The translations under genes and the position numbers were made by a program. DNA of 64,000 nt from Campylobacter sp. VBCF_01 NA2. Lineage in GTDB: Bacteria; Campylobacterota; Campylobacteria; Campylobacterales; Campylobacteraceae. The notes beneath the pieces are model-generated. The model saw only the letters and a list, made by a program, of their open reading frames with translations. It was not told where the DNA came from and did not search any database. Positions 46,809 to 56,674 of this stretch are shown piece after piece; positions within the stretch are counted from its first letter, which is position 1, and each line of letters opens with the position of its first letter. Where the stretch lies: contig NZ_CP115607.1 in assembly GCF_027797205.1 (NCBI RefSeq), positions 1,541,288 through 1,605,287 of the forward strand, read 5' to 3'.

Positions 46809-47317
46809 ATTCCTTTTTGTTTTAAGTAATTTTCTAAAATTTCTTTGGCTTTTGCGTGATTTTTCAAAAAATCTGCGTGTGCGTTTTGGTTGCAAAAATT
46901 CGTCGCGACGAAAATTCCGCGAGCTGGGATTTTGAAACTTTCGGCGACTTTGACGACAGAGTAAAATTCCATATTTTCGATTTTGTAGCCGAGTGTGGCG
47001 AATTTTTGCGCGCAAATTTCATCTGTGGTGATGAAATTTGATGAGTTACAAAATGTTTCATATGAAACATTTGGGTCAAAAATCGGGCTGTATGAATAGC
47101 CTAAAATCTCGGAAATTTCGTGGTTTGTGGCCGTTTCGCATTCGAAAATATCAAAAATTTTACCTTCATTATACAGACCGCAACTCCCTACAAACAAAAT
47201 TTCGCTATGTTTTTCGCTTGCTAAAATTTTGGTTAAATTGATAGCACAATCCACGAGCCCCACGCCGACAGCGCGCGCGAAGTCGAATTCTTCGCCGTTT
47301 CCTGCGCACACTATCAA
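46802..47317 (-). CDS. PNP/MTA-nucleosidase-family protein (futalosine-hydrolase-like)
   Basis: About 171 aa with a phosphorylase family-1 fold pattern (VGSCGLY). Start overlaps the hisF stop (ATGA). Confidence 0.45.
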   Translation of the reverse strand: MIVCAGNGEEFDFARAVGVGLVDCAINLTKILASEKHSEILFVGSCGLYNEGKIFDIFECETATNHEISEILGYSYSPIFDPNVSYETFCNSSNFITTDEICAQKFATLGYKIENMEFYSVVKVAESFKIPARGIFVATNFCNQNAHADFLKNHAKAKEILENYLKQKGII

Positions 47318-48072
47318 CTTCGAACCCTTATGCCGTTTTGCAAAAGATAGGCTTTTAAATCTTTGATTTTTATCTCGCCGAAGTGAAAAATACTCGCTGC
47401 GAGTGCCGCGTCAGCCCCACACTCAAAGGCTTCTTTAATATGCTCCATATTTCCTGCACCGCCACTTGCGATGACGGGGATTTTTAGCATTTTGCTAATT
47501 TTGCCCGTAACTTCCAAATCAAAGCCGTTTTTGGTGCCGTCGCAGTCCATAGAAGTGAGCAAAATCTCCCCCGCACCGCGGTTTTGCACTTCCTCTGCCC
47601 ACGCATAAGCGTCCAGGCCAGTATCCTCTCTGCCACCTTTGACAAAGACATTGTAGCCCTCACCAGTTCGTTTGACATCGATTGCCACGACGACGCATTG
47701 AGAGCCGAATTTTTTCGCCGCTTCGTCGATTAAACCTGGGTTTGCGATAGCCGATGAGTTTAGGCTAACCTTGTCGCAACCCACATCCAAAAGTCGCGAA
47801 ATATCGTCGATTTTGCGGATTCCGCCACCTACGGTTAGCGGGATAAAAAGCTGTTTTGCCACGCTTTCGACCACATGCACGATAGTGTCGCGGTTCTCAA
47901 AACTAGCCGTAATGTCTAAAAAACAAAGCTCGTCCGCACCCTCGTCGTTATAGCGTTTTGCGATTTCGACAGGATCGCCTGCGTCGCGTAAATTTACGAA
48001 ATTTACGCCCTTTACCACGCGTCCATTTTGCACATCTAGGCATGGAATTATTCGTTTTGCAAATGTTTTCAA
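47314..48072 (-). CDS. hisF: Imidazole glycerol phosphate synthase cyclase subunit
   Basis: Highly conserved HisF sequence (RIIPCLDV..., GADK, DEL...D). TIM-barrel. Confidence 0.9.
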   Translation of the reverse strand: MKTFAKRIIPCLDVQNGRVVKGVNFVNLRDAGDPVEIAKRYNDEGADELCFLDITASFENRDTIVHVVESVAKQLFIPLTVGGGIRKIDDISRLLDVGCDKVSLNSSAIANPGLIDEAAKKFGSQCVVVAIDVKRTGEGYNVFVKGGREDTGLDAYAWAEEVQNRGAGEILLTSMDCDGTKNGFDLEVTGKISKMLKIPVIASGGAGNMEHIKEAFECGADAALAASIFHFGEIKIKDLKAYLLQNGIRVRS

Positions 48073-48159
48073 AATTTTGCCCTTTAAAATTTTTGTAAAT
48101 TTTAGCCAAATTTCGCTTATATAACCATTTTATAAGTAAAAATTGGATAAAATCTCTCG

Positions 48160-48963
48160 ATGATAGTTGCAAAGAAAAAATTCGGACAAAATTTTTTAAA
48201 AGATAGTTTGATTTTAGACAAAATTATCCAATCGATTCCCAAAAATGCTGAAAATATCGTAGAAATTGGGCCTGGCTTGGGTGATTTAACTCGTAATCTT
48301 TTAAAGAGTTATAAAGTAAAAAGTTTCGAAATTGATAATGATTTATATCAGATTTTGTGCCAAAATTTCGCCACAGAGATAAAAAACCGCGATTTGGAGC
48401 TGGTTTTGGGCGATGTTTTGGAAATTTGGGAAAATTCTCTTAGCGAAAAACCATATTTTTTGGTTGCGAATTTGCCGTATTATATCGCGACAAATATAAT
48501 CCTGCGAGCCATTGAAGACCCGCTGTGTGAGGGTTTGGTCGTAATGGTGCAAAAAGAGGTAGCGCAGAAATTTTGCGCAGTTTCTGGGAAGCGGGAATTC
48601 GGCGCGATTTCGGTTTTGGCTAGCCTTTGTGGCGGGGCGCAGTATCTTTTCGAGGTGCCTCCACACGCTTTCGAGCCAGCTCCGAAGGTCATTTCAGCCG
48701 TGATGAGGATAGAAAAGACGCGCAATCCTTTCCAAAGCGTGGAGCAAAAGCGTGAATTTGAGGCGTTTTTGAGAGTGTGTTTTGCCTCTCCTAGAAAAAC
48801 ACTAGCCAAAAATCTAAGCGCAATCGCGTCCAAATCAGATATAACCCAAATTTTCGAAGAACTAGAAATTTTTGAAAACACAAGACCGCACGAGTTAAAT
48901 TTCGCCTTATTTTTAGATATTTTTAAAAAATTAAAGGTGAAAAATGGAAGAGAAAAAAACTAA
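48160..48963 (+). CDS. rsmA: 16S rRNA (adenine1518/1519-N6)-dimethyltransferase
   Basis: KKKFGQNFL start, VVEIGPGLGDLT SAM motif and NLPY motif. Confidence 0.9.
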   Translation: MIVAKKKFGQNFLKDSLILDKIIQSIPKNAENIVEIGPGLGDLTRNLLKSYKVKSFEIDNDLYQILCQNFATEIKNRDLELVLGDVLEIWENSLSEKPYFLVANLPYYIATNIILRAIEDPLCEGLVVMVQKEVAQKFCAVSGKREFGAISVLASLCGGAQYLFEVPPHAFEPAPKVISAVMRIEKTRNPFQSVEQKREFEAFLRVCFASPRKTLAKNLSAIASKSDITQIFEELEIFENTRPHELNFALFLDIFKKLKVKNGREKN

Positions 48964-50998
48964 CAACCAAGCGCAAAACTCTGATTTTACAGGCCCTGAG
49001 CGCTTAAAAAAGGTAAATAGACGCCGCAGACACAGGGAAAATTTAAAAAAATCGTTTGATGAGAGCAAAAATCAAAAAGACGAGCAAAAAACCCCAGCAA
49101 ACGAAAACAAAAAAAATAAAAAATCAAAAAGCGAAAAAGCGCAAAATCTATCCAGCGAAACAGCCGCGCAAAGCCCAAATTCAGAGGAGGGCGCCAAAAA
49201 GAAAAAACGCTCCAAACGCAAAACAAATATGCCAAAAAGCCTAACCGGTACCGAGCCGTGGCATGTGGCTATGGACGAGGCAATCGCAGCGAATAAGGCC
49301 ATGCACGAAGCAAGGCTCTATCCACTAAAAAATGCGAATTCTAGTGAAACTATCCGCATAACTCCGCTTGGCGGACTTGGCGAGATTGGCGCGAATATGA
49401 CGATTTTCGAGACCGCTACGAGCGCGATTATCGTCGATGTGGGTATGAGTTTCCCTGATGATAATATGCCCGGCGTGGATATTTTGATCCCTGATTTTAG
49501 CTATGTTCGCAAGATCGCTGATAAAGTCAAAGGTATCATCATCACGCACGCGCACGAGGATCACATTGGCGCAATGCCGTATTTTTTCAAGGAATTTCAA
49601 TTCCCAATCTACGCTACGCCGTTGCCTTTGGGTATGATTTCAAACAAATTTGAAGAGCACGGCTTAAAGGCGGAGCGAAGCTATTTCCGTCCGGTGCAAA
49701 AGCGCAAAATTTACAAAATCGGCGATTTTGAGGTCGAATTTATCCACATAACACACTCGATTATCGACGCTAGCGCGCTTGCGATTACAACAAAGGCTGG
49801 CACGATTATCCACACGGGCGATTTTAAAATCGACCACACCCCAATCGACGGCTATCCGACCGATTTAAACCGCTTGGCGCATTATGGCGATCGTGGCGTA
49901 ATGCTACTGATGAGCGATAGCACGAATTCTCACAGAGACGGCATTACCAAATCCGAAAATTCGGTAGGCAGGACATTTGACGGCATTTTTGCTAGCTCGA
50001 AAGGGCGCGTGATTATGAGCACATTTAGCTCAAATATCCACCGCGTCTATCAGGCGATTGAGCGCGGTGTGAAATACGGCCGCAAGGTCTGCGTGATAGG
50101 GCGAAGTATGGAGCGAAACCTATTTACAGCAATGGAGCTAGGCTATGTCGAGCTTGATCGTAAAATTTTCATCGATCCAGATGAGGTCAGCAAATACCCT
50201 GACAATGAGGTTTTAATCGTAACCACAGGCTCTCAGGGCGAGACTATGAGCGCGCTATATCGCATGGCCACAGACGAGCATAAATATATAAAAATCAAAC
50301 CCACAGATCAAGTCATCATCTCGGCAAAAGCAATCCCTGGTAACGAAAACAGCGTCTCAACCGTGCTAAATTTCTTACTAAAAAGTGGCGCAAAGGTGGC
50401 GTATCAGGATTTCAGCGAAATCCATGTCAGCGGACACGCTGCCCAAGAGGAGCAAAAACTAATGCTTCGCCTAATCAAGCCGAAATTTTTCCTGCCTGTT
50501 CATGGCGAGTATAACCACATAGTCAAACACCGCGAAACTGCGATAGAATGCGGGATTGATGAGAAAAATATCTATTTGATGAACGACGGCGATCAAATGG
50601 AGATTTGCGAAAAATACCTAAAACGAGTCAAAACCGTCAAAACTGGCAAGGTTTTCATTGACAATCAAATCAATAAGCAAATTTCCGATGAAATCGTAAA
50701 ACACAGGCAAAATTTGGCCGACGCTGGCGTGGCTGTAATCATCGCTCAAATCGACAAAACAGCCAAAAAGCTTATCAAATCTCGCGTCATTACCTACGGG
50801 CTTGTCGCAGAGTCGCAGACATCTGCCTTTACCAAGGATATGGAGGGCTTAATCGAGCAGTTTTTGGCAAATATGAAAACCGAAATTTTGCTTGATAACC
50901 GCGTGTTAGAGTCGCAAATCCGCCAAGCCGTGCGAAAGCATATTTTTAGAAAAACGAAAAAATATCCGACAATCGTGCCGGTTATTTACCTAATGTAA
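48944..50998 (+). CDS. rnj: Ribonuclease J with Lys-rich N-terminal extension
   Basis: Metallo-beta-lactamase motif (HAHEDHIGA), beta-CASP and C-terminal domains. An N-terminal low-complexity K/E-rich extension of about 130 aa resembles that of epsilonproteobacterial RNase J. Confidence 0.85.
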   Translation: MEEKKTNNQAQNSDFTGPERLKKVNRRRRHRENLKKSFDESKNQKDEQKTPANENKKNKKSKSEKAQNLSSETAAQSPNSEEGAKKKKRSKRKTNMPKSLTGTEPWHVAMDEAIAANKAMHEARLYPLKNANSSETIRITPLGGLGEIGANMTIFETATSAIIVDVGMSFPDDNMPGVDILIPDFSYVRKIADKVKGIIITHAHEDHIGAMPYFFKEFQFPIYATPLPLGMISNKFEEHGLKAERSYFRPVQKRKIYKIGDFEVEFIHITHSIIDASALAITTKAGTIIHTGDFKIDHTPIDGYPTDLNRLAHYGDRGVMLLMSDSTNSHRDGITKSENSVGRTFDGIFASSKGRVIMSTFSSNIHRVYQAIERGVKYGRKVCVIGRSMERNLFTAMELGYVELDRKIFIDPDEVSKYPDNEVLIVTTGSQGETMSALYRMATDEHKYIKIKPTDQVIISAKAIPGNENSVSTVLNFLLKSGAKVAYQDFSEIHVSGHAAQEEQKLMLRLIKPKFFLPVHGEYNHIVKHRETAIECGIDEKNIYLMNDGDQMEICEKYLKRVKTVKTGKVFIDNQINKQISDEIVKHRQNLADAGVAVIIAQIDKTAKKLIKSRVITYGLVAESQTSAFTKDMEGLIEQFLANMKTEILLDNRVLESQIRQAVRKHIFRKTKKYPTIVPVIYLM

Positions 50999-51008
50999 GG
51001 GGCATTTT

Positions 51009-51968
51009 ATGGGCATTTTAGAAAACGCAAAAGAGGTTTTAAGGCTCGAAGGTAGCGAGCTTTTACGCCACGCAGAGCTTATCGGCGATGAAATCGAAAG
51101 AGTTGTAAATTTGATTTTAGAGTGCAAAGGCAAACTCATCGTTACAGGCGTGGGAAAAAGTGGTCATATCGGCGCGAAAATCGCTGCGACTTTGGCAAGC
51201 ACAGGAACGCCTAGCTTTTTCATGCACCCCACAGAAGCCCTGCACGGCGATCTTGGCATGGTAGGCAAAGATGATTTGGTTTTGGCTATTAGTTTTAGTG
51301 GCGAGAGCGAAGAGTTGGTGCGAATTTTGCCCCACATTAAGCGATTTGGCGTAAAAATCATCGCAATGGCAAGTAATAAAAATAGCTCTCTTGGGCGAAT
51401 AAGCGATGAATTTATCAGCCTAAAAATCGAAAAAGAAGCGTGTCCGTTAGGAGCCGCGCCTACGGTTTCTACCACGCTAACACTTGCACTTGGTGATGCG
51501 TTAGCAGTGTGTTTGATGAGTGAGCGAAAATTTCAAAAAGAAGATTTCGCAAACTTCCACCCGGGCGGAAGTCTTGGCAAACGGCTATATCTAAAAGTTA
51601 GTGATGTCATGCGAACTAACGATTTGCCGATTGTTAGCGAGAGTGTTAGCCTAAAAGAAGCCATAAATGCGATGACGCACGGCAAACTAGGCACCGTTTT
51701 GCTAACTAACACTAACGGCAAACTAACGGCGATTTTAAGCGACGGAGATTTGCGTAGGGCTTTGATGAGCGAGAATTTTAGCCTTGAAGAAAGCGCGATT
51801 AAATTTGCCACAAAATCGCCAAAAACCATTGAAAATTCGCAAATTTTAGCTTCCAAGGCGTTAGAGATGATAGAAAATTTCAAAATTCAGCTTCTTGCCG
51901 TTACGGACGAAAACGGCACCCCAATCGGCACCGTGCATATCCACGACCTTAAAAACATAGGGCTGTAA
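51009..51968 (+). CDS. kpsF: Arabinose-5-phosphate isomerase (SIS + tandem CBS), KpsF/GutQ family
   Basis: SIS domain GVGKSGHIGAKIAATLASTGTPS and C-terminal CBS pair. Confidence 0.85.
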   Translation: MGILENAKEVLRLEGSELLRHAELIGDEIERVVNLILECKGKLIVTGVGKSGHIGAKIAATLASTGTPSFFMHPTEALHGDLGMVGKDDLVLAISFSGESEELVRILPHIKRFGVKIIAMASNKNSSLGRISDEFISLKIEKEACPLGAAPTVSTTLTLALGDALAVCLMSERKFQKEDFANFHPGGSLGKRLYLKVSDVMRTNDLPIVSESVSLKEAINAMTHGKLGTVLLTNTNGKLTAILSDGDLRRALMSENFSLEESAIKFATKSPKTIENSQILASKALEMIENFKIQLLAVTDENGTPIGTVHIHDLKNIGL

Positions 51969-51970
51969 AA

Positions 51971-52741
51971 ATGGAAAAAATGCGTTTAAATAAATTTATC
52001 TCGCACAACACAGGCTATTCGCGCCGTGAAGCCGACGAGCTAATCAAAAACGGCAAAGTTAGCATAAATGGGCGAGTTGTTAGTGAGTTTGTCGAAGTTA
52101 GCGGCGAAGAGAAAATTCGCATAAATGGGCGAATAATCAAGAAAAAAACCGAATTTAGCGTAATTGTCTATCACAAACCAAAGGGTGAGTTAGTCACCAA
52201 AAAAGACGACCGCGGTCGCAAGACGATTTATGACAGCTTGCCAAACGGATTTTCTAAATTTGTTAGTATCGGACGGCTGGATTTTGCTAGTGAAGGGCTT
52301 TTGCTATTAACTGACGCCCCTGCGATCGCCACGGCTCTGATGAAAAGTGACATCGAAAGGGAATACTACCTAAAAGTCAAAGGCGAAGTAACTGATGAGG
52401 TCGTAACGGCGATAAAAGAGGGCTTTTACGCGGACGACGCCACCAAGGGCGCACATGCTAAAAGCAAAATCAAATCAATGGAGTTTAAGCCGTTTTTGGC
52501 GTATCGCATAATGCCAAGCAGCGGCGGCTACACCAAAATCAAAGCTATCATAAACGAAGGGCAAAACAGAGAGTTAAGGCGGTTTTTTGGGTATTTTGAT
52601 CTAGAAGTGGTGGATCTTAAACGCACGGCATTTGGGCGAGTTACGCTGGGAACTTTGAAGCCGGGCAAATGGCGATATTTGGATAGTAGCGAGTATGATG
52701 ACCTGCGAGACTTTTTGAAGCAAGAAAAGGTTTATTATTAA
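51971..52741 (+). CDS. RsuA/RluB-family pseudouridine synthase with N-terminal S4 domain
   Basis: S4 motif (RLNKFISHNTGYSRREADELIKNGKV) and catalytic GRLDFASEGLLLLT motif. Confidence 0.85.
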   Translation: MEKMRLNKFISHNTGYSRREADELIKNGKVSINGRVVSEFVEVSGEEKIRINGRIIKKKTEFSVIVYHKPKGELVTKKDDRGRKTIYDSLPNGFSKFVSIGRLDFASEGLLLLTDAPAIATALMKSDIEREYYLKVKGEVTDEVVTAIKEGFYADDATKGAHAKSKIKSMEFKPFLAYRIMPSSGGYTKIKAIINEGQNRELRRFFGYFDLEVVDLKRTAFGRVTLGTLKPGKWRYLDSSEYDDLRDFLKQEKVYY

Positions 52742-52750
52742 GAGCGTAAA

Positions 52751-53929
52751 ATGATTATTATAGATATTGAAGAAATTGATTTTCAAGAAATTTTAAATCA
52801 AATTTCATCTTATTCAGACGATGCGTTTAAACTAGCATTACAAAATATTTTTAATAAAAAAATATCAAAAGTAATTGAAAAACAAGTAGATTGTTTTGAT
52901 ATTGTTGTTAATACATATATTAGTTCTGAAATTTCATTTGCTGATATAAAAAAGGTTGGCGGCTTACCCATTGATGACATAAAAATATTTTTTAAAAGAA
53001 AAGATATAGATAGCCTAGTAGATATAAATTTCCCCAATGAATATAAAAGTGGTTTTTATGTCAAACAGGATAAAAAAATTTTGTATATTGAGCCTATGCC
53101 TTATAAAATAGAGCCAATAGTTCAAAAACGAGCAATAAAATATAAAAAGCAAATACAAAATATTATTATTCCAAGCGAAAAATTTATTATAAATTCAAAT
53201 ATTATTAAAAATTGTTTATGTGAATATAAAAATATTTTTCCTATTTTTAAATCTTGTGTTAGAGAATATACTATGTGGTATTGTTGCATTTGTGGAAAAG
53301 AATACATTTGTTCTTGTTTTAAAAATGCAATACAAATAATGCAAAAAAAATTTATTGGTGGCTCTATTACACAAAATTTAAAATATGATTTACAAAAGAC
53401 TACTTTTATGGATAATATTTGTCATATGTGTAGAAAAATTCCATCTTCCCATATTTTTTATCTATATGGTGGCAAAATTGGAAAATATTATCTTCCATAT
53501 ATTATGCGTGAGCAATATGAAAAAAATATTGATTATAAAGAAGCAGAAAATAATATTAGAGTAGAATTGGGTATTCCTAAGATTGGCGAAGGTTGGGTTT
53601 CTCAAACACAACTTTACTACACGATTAACTTTTTGTTTCCAGAATATGAAATTCAACGAGAAGCTAGTCCAGAGTGGCTTGGGCGACAAAGATACGATAT
53701 ATATTTTCCAAATGAAAAACTTGCAATAGAATATCAAGGAAAACAACACTATGAGCCTGTAAATTTATTCGGCGGAGAAGAGGGCTATAAAAACACAATA
53801 GAAAGAGACAAAGAAAAATTAAAAAAATCAAAAGAAAATGGTGTCGATATTATATACATATCATACAAGGATAAATTCGATGAAAATACGCTATATAAAC
53901 GCATAAAAAAATATTTGGAAAATAAATAA
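52751..53929 (+). CDS. Cys-rich protein with C-terminal DUF559/Vsr-like PD-(D/E)xK endonuclease motif (AT-rich islet gene 1)
   Basis: Central Cys cluster (CLCEYKN..C..WYCCICGKEYICSC...CHMC). C-terminal D-x-YFP...KLAIEYQGKQHYEP pattern matching the DUF559/Vsr-like endonuclease core. Very AT-rich codon usage. Confidence 0.6.
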   Translation: MIIIDIEEIDFQEILNQISSYSDDAFKLALQNIFNKKISKVIEKQVDCFDIVVNTYISSEISFADIKKVGGLPIDDIKIFFKRKDIDSLVDINFPNEYKSGFYVKQDKKILYIEPMPYKIEPIVQKRAIKYKKQIQNIIIPSEKFIINSNIIKNCLCEYKNIFPIFKSCVREYTMWYCCICGKEYICSCFKNAIQIMQKKFIGGSITQNLKYDLQKTTFMDNICHMCRKIPSSHIFYLYGGKIGKYYLPYIMREQYEKNIDYKEAENNIRVELGIPKIGEGWVSQTQLYYTINFLFPEYEIQREASPEWLGRQRYDIYFPNEKLAIEYQGKQHYEPVNLFGGEEGYKNTIERDKEKLKKSKENGVDIIYISYKDKFDENTLYKRIKKYLENK

Positions 53930-55182
53930 TGGAATTAGCAATATTCTCGCTTAAATTTAGTTTTATATTTGGAATAAATGGCAACAGTGATAAACCATTT
54001 TGTGATTTCGTCAAAATTTTTGAATTAAAAATAGATAAAGAAAATAGAATTGTTGAATTAATTAGAGAACAGACATATAGTAAGGAATTAAAAAATAAAT
54101 TAAGCATTTTTAGAGACAAGTATGTAGAACAAATACCACGACTGCACCAATTGGTTCAAATTTTTCAAAAATTAGAAGAAAATGAATTATTTTATGTATA
54201 TTCTAGAACAGAATTTGATACATTTGATACGGCTAAAATAATTGAACTCACAAAAGAACTCAACTTGGCTAATAATAATAATTCTTGTGAAGTTATACCA
54301 AAAGAATGCGAAAATATCGTAAAAAATTATAATATGATTATTTTTTGTTTTAATGAAAATAGAAAAATCAAAATAGGACATGGCTTAAAAAAAGATAGAG
54401 TTTGCAGGTTTTGTGGTAAAAAATATGGCGAAACTACTTTTAATTCCGAAGCTCACGCAATATCAGAAGCTCTTGGAAATAAAAAATTAATTATAAACGA
54501 TGAGTGTGATGAGTGTAACAAATTTTTTGATAAAAATATAGAAAAAGATTTTATTATATTTAATGATTTTTTTAGAGTATTTTATGAAATAGAAAATAAA
54601 AAACATAAAACACCAAATATTAAAAATAATGAATTTAATTTATCAAATAAAGGCGATAATAACATTTTTATTAGTGTAAAAGATAATTTTGACGGCAATA
54701 ATTTACATTTGCATTTTGGAAATGGAAAGCCGCAAAATTTATATAAAGCATTATGTAAATTTGCAATAAGCGTAATAGATGAAAAATATTTATATAATTT
54801 GCAAGAAACCATACAATGGATTATGGGCAAAAAAGAAACAAAAAAACTTCCAAAAGTAATCGAAATTTTTAATCCTTACAATGTTGTAAAAGAGCCTAAT
54901 ATAGTTGTTTTTATTAGAAAAAACAATAGTGATTTACCTTTTATGTTTGCCACGCTGTCTTTTACTGCTATTGCATATACTTTTATAATACCTTTTTCAA
55001 ACAAAGATAAATTGGATTATACAATCGAAAATAATTATAGTAAATTTTTAAATTTATTGCCTTTTTCTGAAAACAAAAATATAAAATTTCGCGATTTTTC
55101 TAGTAATGAAGAACAAGAATTTAATACAAATATAAATTTTGAGCAAAGAAAAATCGATGAAAATCACAAATTTAAGGCTTAG
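53929..55182 (+). CDS. Zinc-finger protein with HNH-like nuclease motif (AT-rich islet gene 2)
   Basis: CRFCGKKYGETTFNSEAHAISEALGN...NDECDECN. A CxxC-H-N-CxxC arrangement resembling the HNH beta-beta-alpha-Me finger. Start overlaps the gene 1 stop (TAATG). Confidence 0.55.
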   Translation: MELAIFSLKFSFIFGINGNSDKPFCDFVKIFELKIDKENRIVELIREQTYSKELKNKLSIFRDKYVEQIPRLHQLVQIFQKLEENELFYVYSRTEFDTFDTAKIIELTKELNLANNNNSCEVIPKECENIVKNYNMIIFCFNENRKIKIGHGLKKDRVCRFCGKKYGETTFNSEAHAISEALGNKKLIINDECDECNKFFDKNIEKDFIIFNDFFRVFYEIENKKHKTPNIKNNEFNLSNKGDNNIFISVKDNFDGNNLHLHFGNGKPQNLYKALCKFAISVIDEKYLYNLQETIQWIMGKKETKKLPKVIEIFNPYNVVKEPNIVVFIRKNNSDLPFMFATLSFTAIAYTFIIPFSNKDKLDYTIENNYSKFLNLLPFSENKNIKFRDFSSNEEQEFNTNINFEQRKIDENHKFKA

Positions 55183-55184
55183 AA

Positions 55185-55676
55185 ATGTCCAAAAAAATCG
55201 AAAAAACAAACGCTTGTCGCATACTTGACGGGCTTAAAATTCAGTATGAAATTTTAGAATACGAAGTAGATGAAAACAACCTTGACGCTGTGCATGTGGC
55301 AAATTCGTGCCAAAAGCCTATCGAGCAGGTCTATAAAACGATAGTTTGCGAGTGCGGAAATGAATATATCACGGCGTGTTTGCAAGGCGATTTAAACCTT
55401 GATTTAAAGGCGTTAGCTAGAATTGCGAAAGTCAAACGCGCCGAACTAATGAACTTAAAAGAGCTAACAAAAATCACAGGTTATGTTAGGGGCGGTTGTT
55501 CGCCGCTTGGCATGAAAAAGCACTTTCGCACATTTATCGACTCACGCGCACTAACACAAACGCAAATTTGCGTTAGCGCAGGAGTGCGGGGCAAACAAAT
55601 TTGGCTAAATCCAAACGATTTAGCGACCGCGACAAAAGCTGAATTTGGCGAATTCGCCGTGAAATTAGAAGGCTAA
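55185..55676 (+). CDS. ybaK: Cys-tRNA(Pro)/Cys-tRNA(Cys) deacylase YbaK
   Basis: YbaK/ProX editing-domain motifs (TNACRILD..., GYVRGGCSPLGMKK). Confidence 0.8.
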   Translation: MSKKIEKTNACRILDGLKIQYEILEYEVDENNLDAVHVANSCQKPIEQVYKTIVCECGNEYITACLQGDLNLDLKALARIAKVKRAELMNLKELTKITGYVRGGCSPLGMKKHFRTFIDSRALTQTQICVSAGVRGKQIWLNPNDLATATKAEFGEFAVKLEG

Positions 55677-55720
55677 ATTTCGGCGCTCGAATTTACCCTA
55701 AATTTAAAAGCTAAATTTCG

Positions 55721-56674
55721 CTAAGAGCGCATTTCGTTTAGCAAAGCCGTAATCTTTGGCTCTTCGCTTGCTTTGATTTCGCTAGTGGCGAAGGGAGCGA
55801 GATTTCGCGCGATTTCTATCATCATATTTATGCTTAAAATCACATTTGCGTTTTGGTTCGTGTCTATGCGAGTAAAGAGCGTGTCGTTCGAAACCGCGAT
55901 AAATACGGAGTTGCTCACAGCGTGCATTTGCACTGGGGAGTTTAGGCTAATGCTGATGAGTTCGAGTGTGGTTAGGATTTTGCCGTCTTTTAAAACCTCG
56001 CTGTCAAAATTCTCGCCAGCGTAAATGTCGAAAATATCGGACTTGGCGATATTTGCCTTTTGGAGTTTGAGGTGCGGGGTTTGGAGCATAAACTCACCCT
56101 TGCCAATTGCCGAAAAATCGCTAGCAAAGGCGAGCGGATAGTCAAATTTCGCTATAAATCCAGTGTAAATTTTGCCGTCATTTATGCGCCCCCACTCGAA
56201 TTTATCGAGCCCTAACAAACTTTTTTTTCGTTTGTTAGTGCGCGTTAGCGCAGCATCGCCAAATTTAGCCTCGATTTCACCTATTTTGCCTACTAGTGAT
56301 CGTTTGCAAACGCATGTGTTAGCGTCTTTTTTAATCGGAAGCGAGCTTAAATCCTCTAAAAAAAATGCGCCAAAGGGCTTAAAAGTAAGCCCAGTTTCCT
56401 TGGCGATCCAAAGCAAAATTTCATTATCAAACGCCTTGTCGAGCAGAGCTGAGAAGTGCTGTTTTTGGTTTTTGTCAAAATACGAGTGCGCCAAAATCCC
56501 GCAAATCCCAATCAAACAGCCCAAAATGATTTTAAATTTCAGCGAATATCCGCCACTTAAAATCAAAAACGCCAGCGCACAAACCATGCAAACGACGATA
56601 ATTAGCCGTTTTTTCGCGCTCGCTTCATTTTCTAAAATCGTCTTTTTTTTCAGCTCAAACGATACTATACTCAT
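55721..56674 (-). CDS. DUF3137-like membrane protein (LemA-associated), paralog 1
   Basis: N-terminal double TM. About 310 aa. Paralogous to the next gene. Lies downstream of lemA in the same orientation. Confidence 0.5.
   Translation of the reverse strand: MSIVSFELKKKTILENEASAKKRLIIVVCMVCALAFLILSGGYSLKFKIILGCLIGICGILAHSYFDKNQKQHFSALLDKAFDNEILLWIAKETGLTFKPFGAFFLEDLSSLPIKKDANTCVCKRSLVGKIGEIEAKFGDAALTRTNKRKKSLLGLDKFEWGRINDGKIYTGFIAKFDYPLAFASDFSAIGKGEFMLQTPHLKLQKANIAKSDIFDIYAGENFDSEVLKDGKILTTLELISISLNSPVQMHAVSNSVFIAVSNDTLFTRIDTNQNANVILSINMMIEIARNLAPFATSEIKASEEPKITALLNEMRS

Noticed and set aside
46809-47015. Highly basic 70-aa N-terminal extension on RlmN ([16 protein letters not shown]...)
   Set aside because: RlmN homologs begin near the LKNILDF... 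region. A TTG with an aaaaggaat RBS fits there. The extension overlaps the upstream nucleosidase-like gene in another frame.
47314-48072. Possibility that hisF here is a glycosylation-locus paralog (PseH/HisF-like) rather than histidine biosynthesis
   Set aside because: The sequence is canonical HisF throughout and the neighbours are housekeeping genes. No pseudaminic-acid or flagellar glycosylation genes are nearby, so there is no support for a paralog interpretation.
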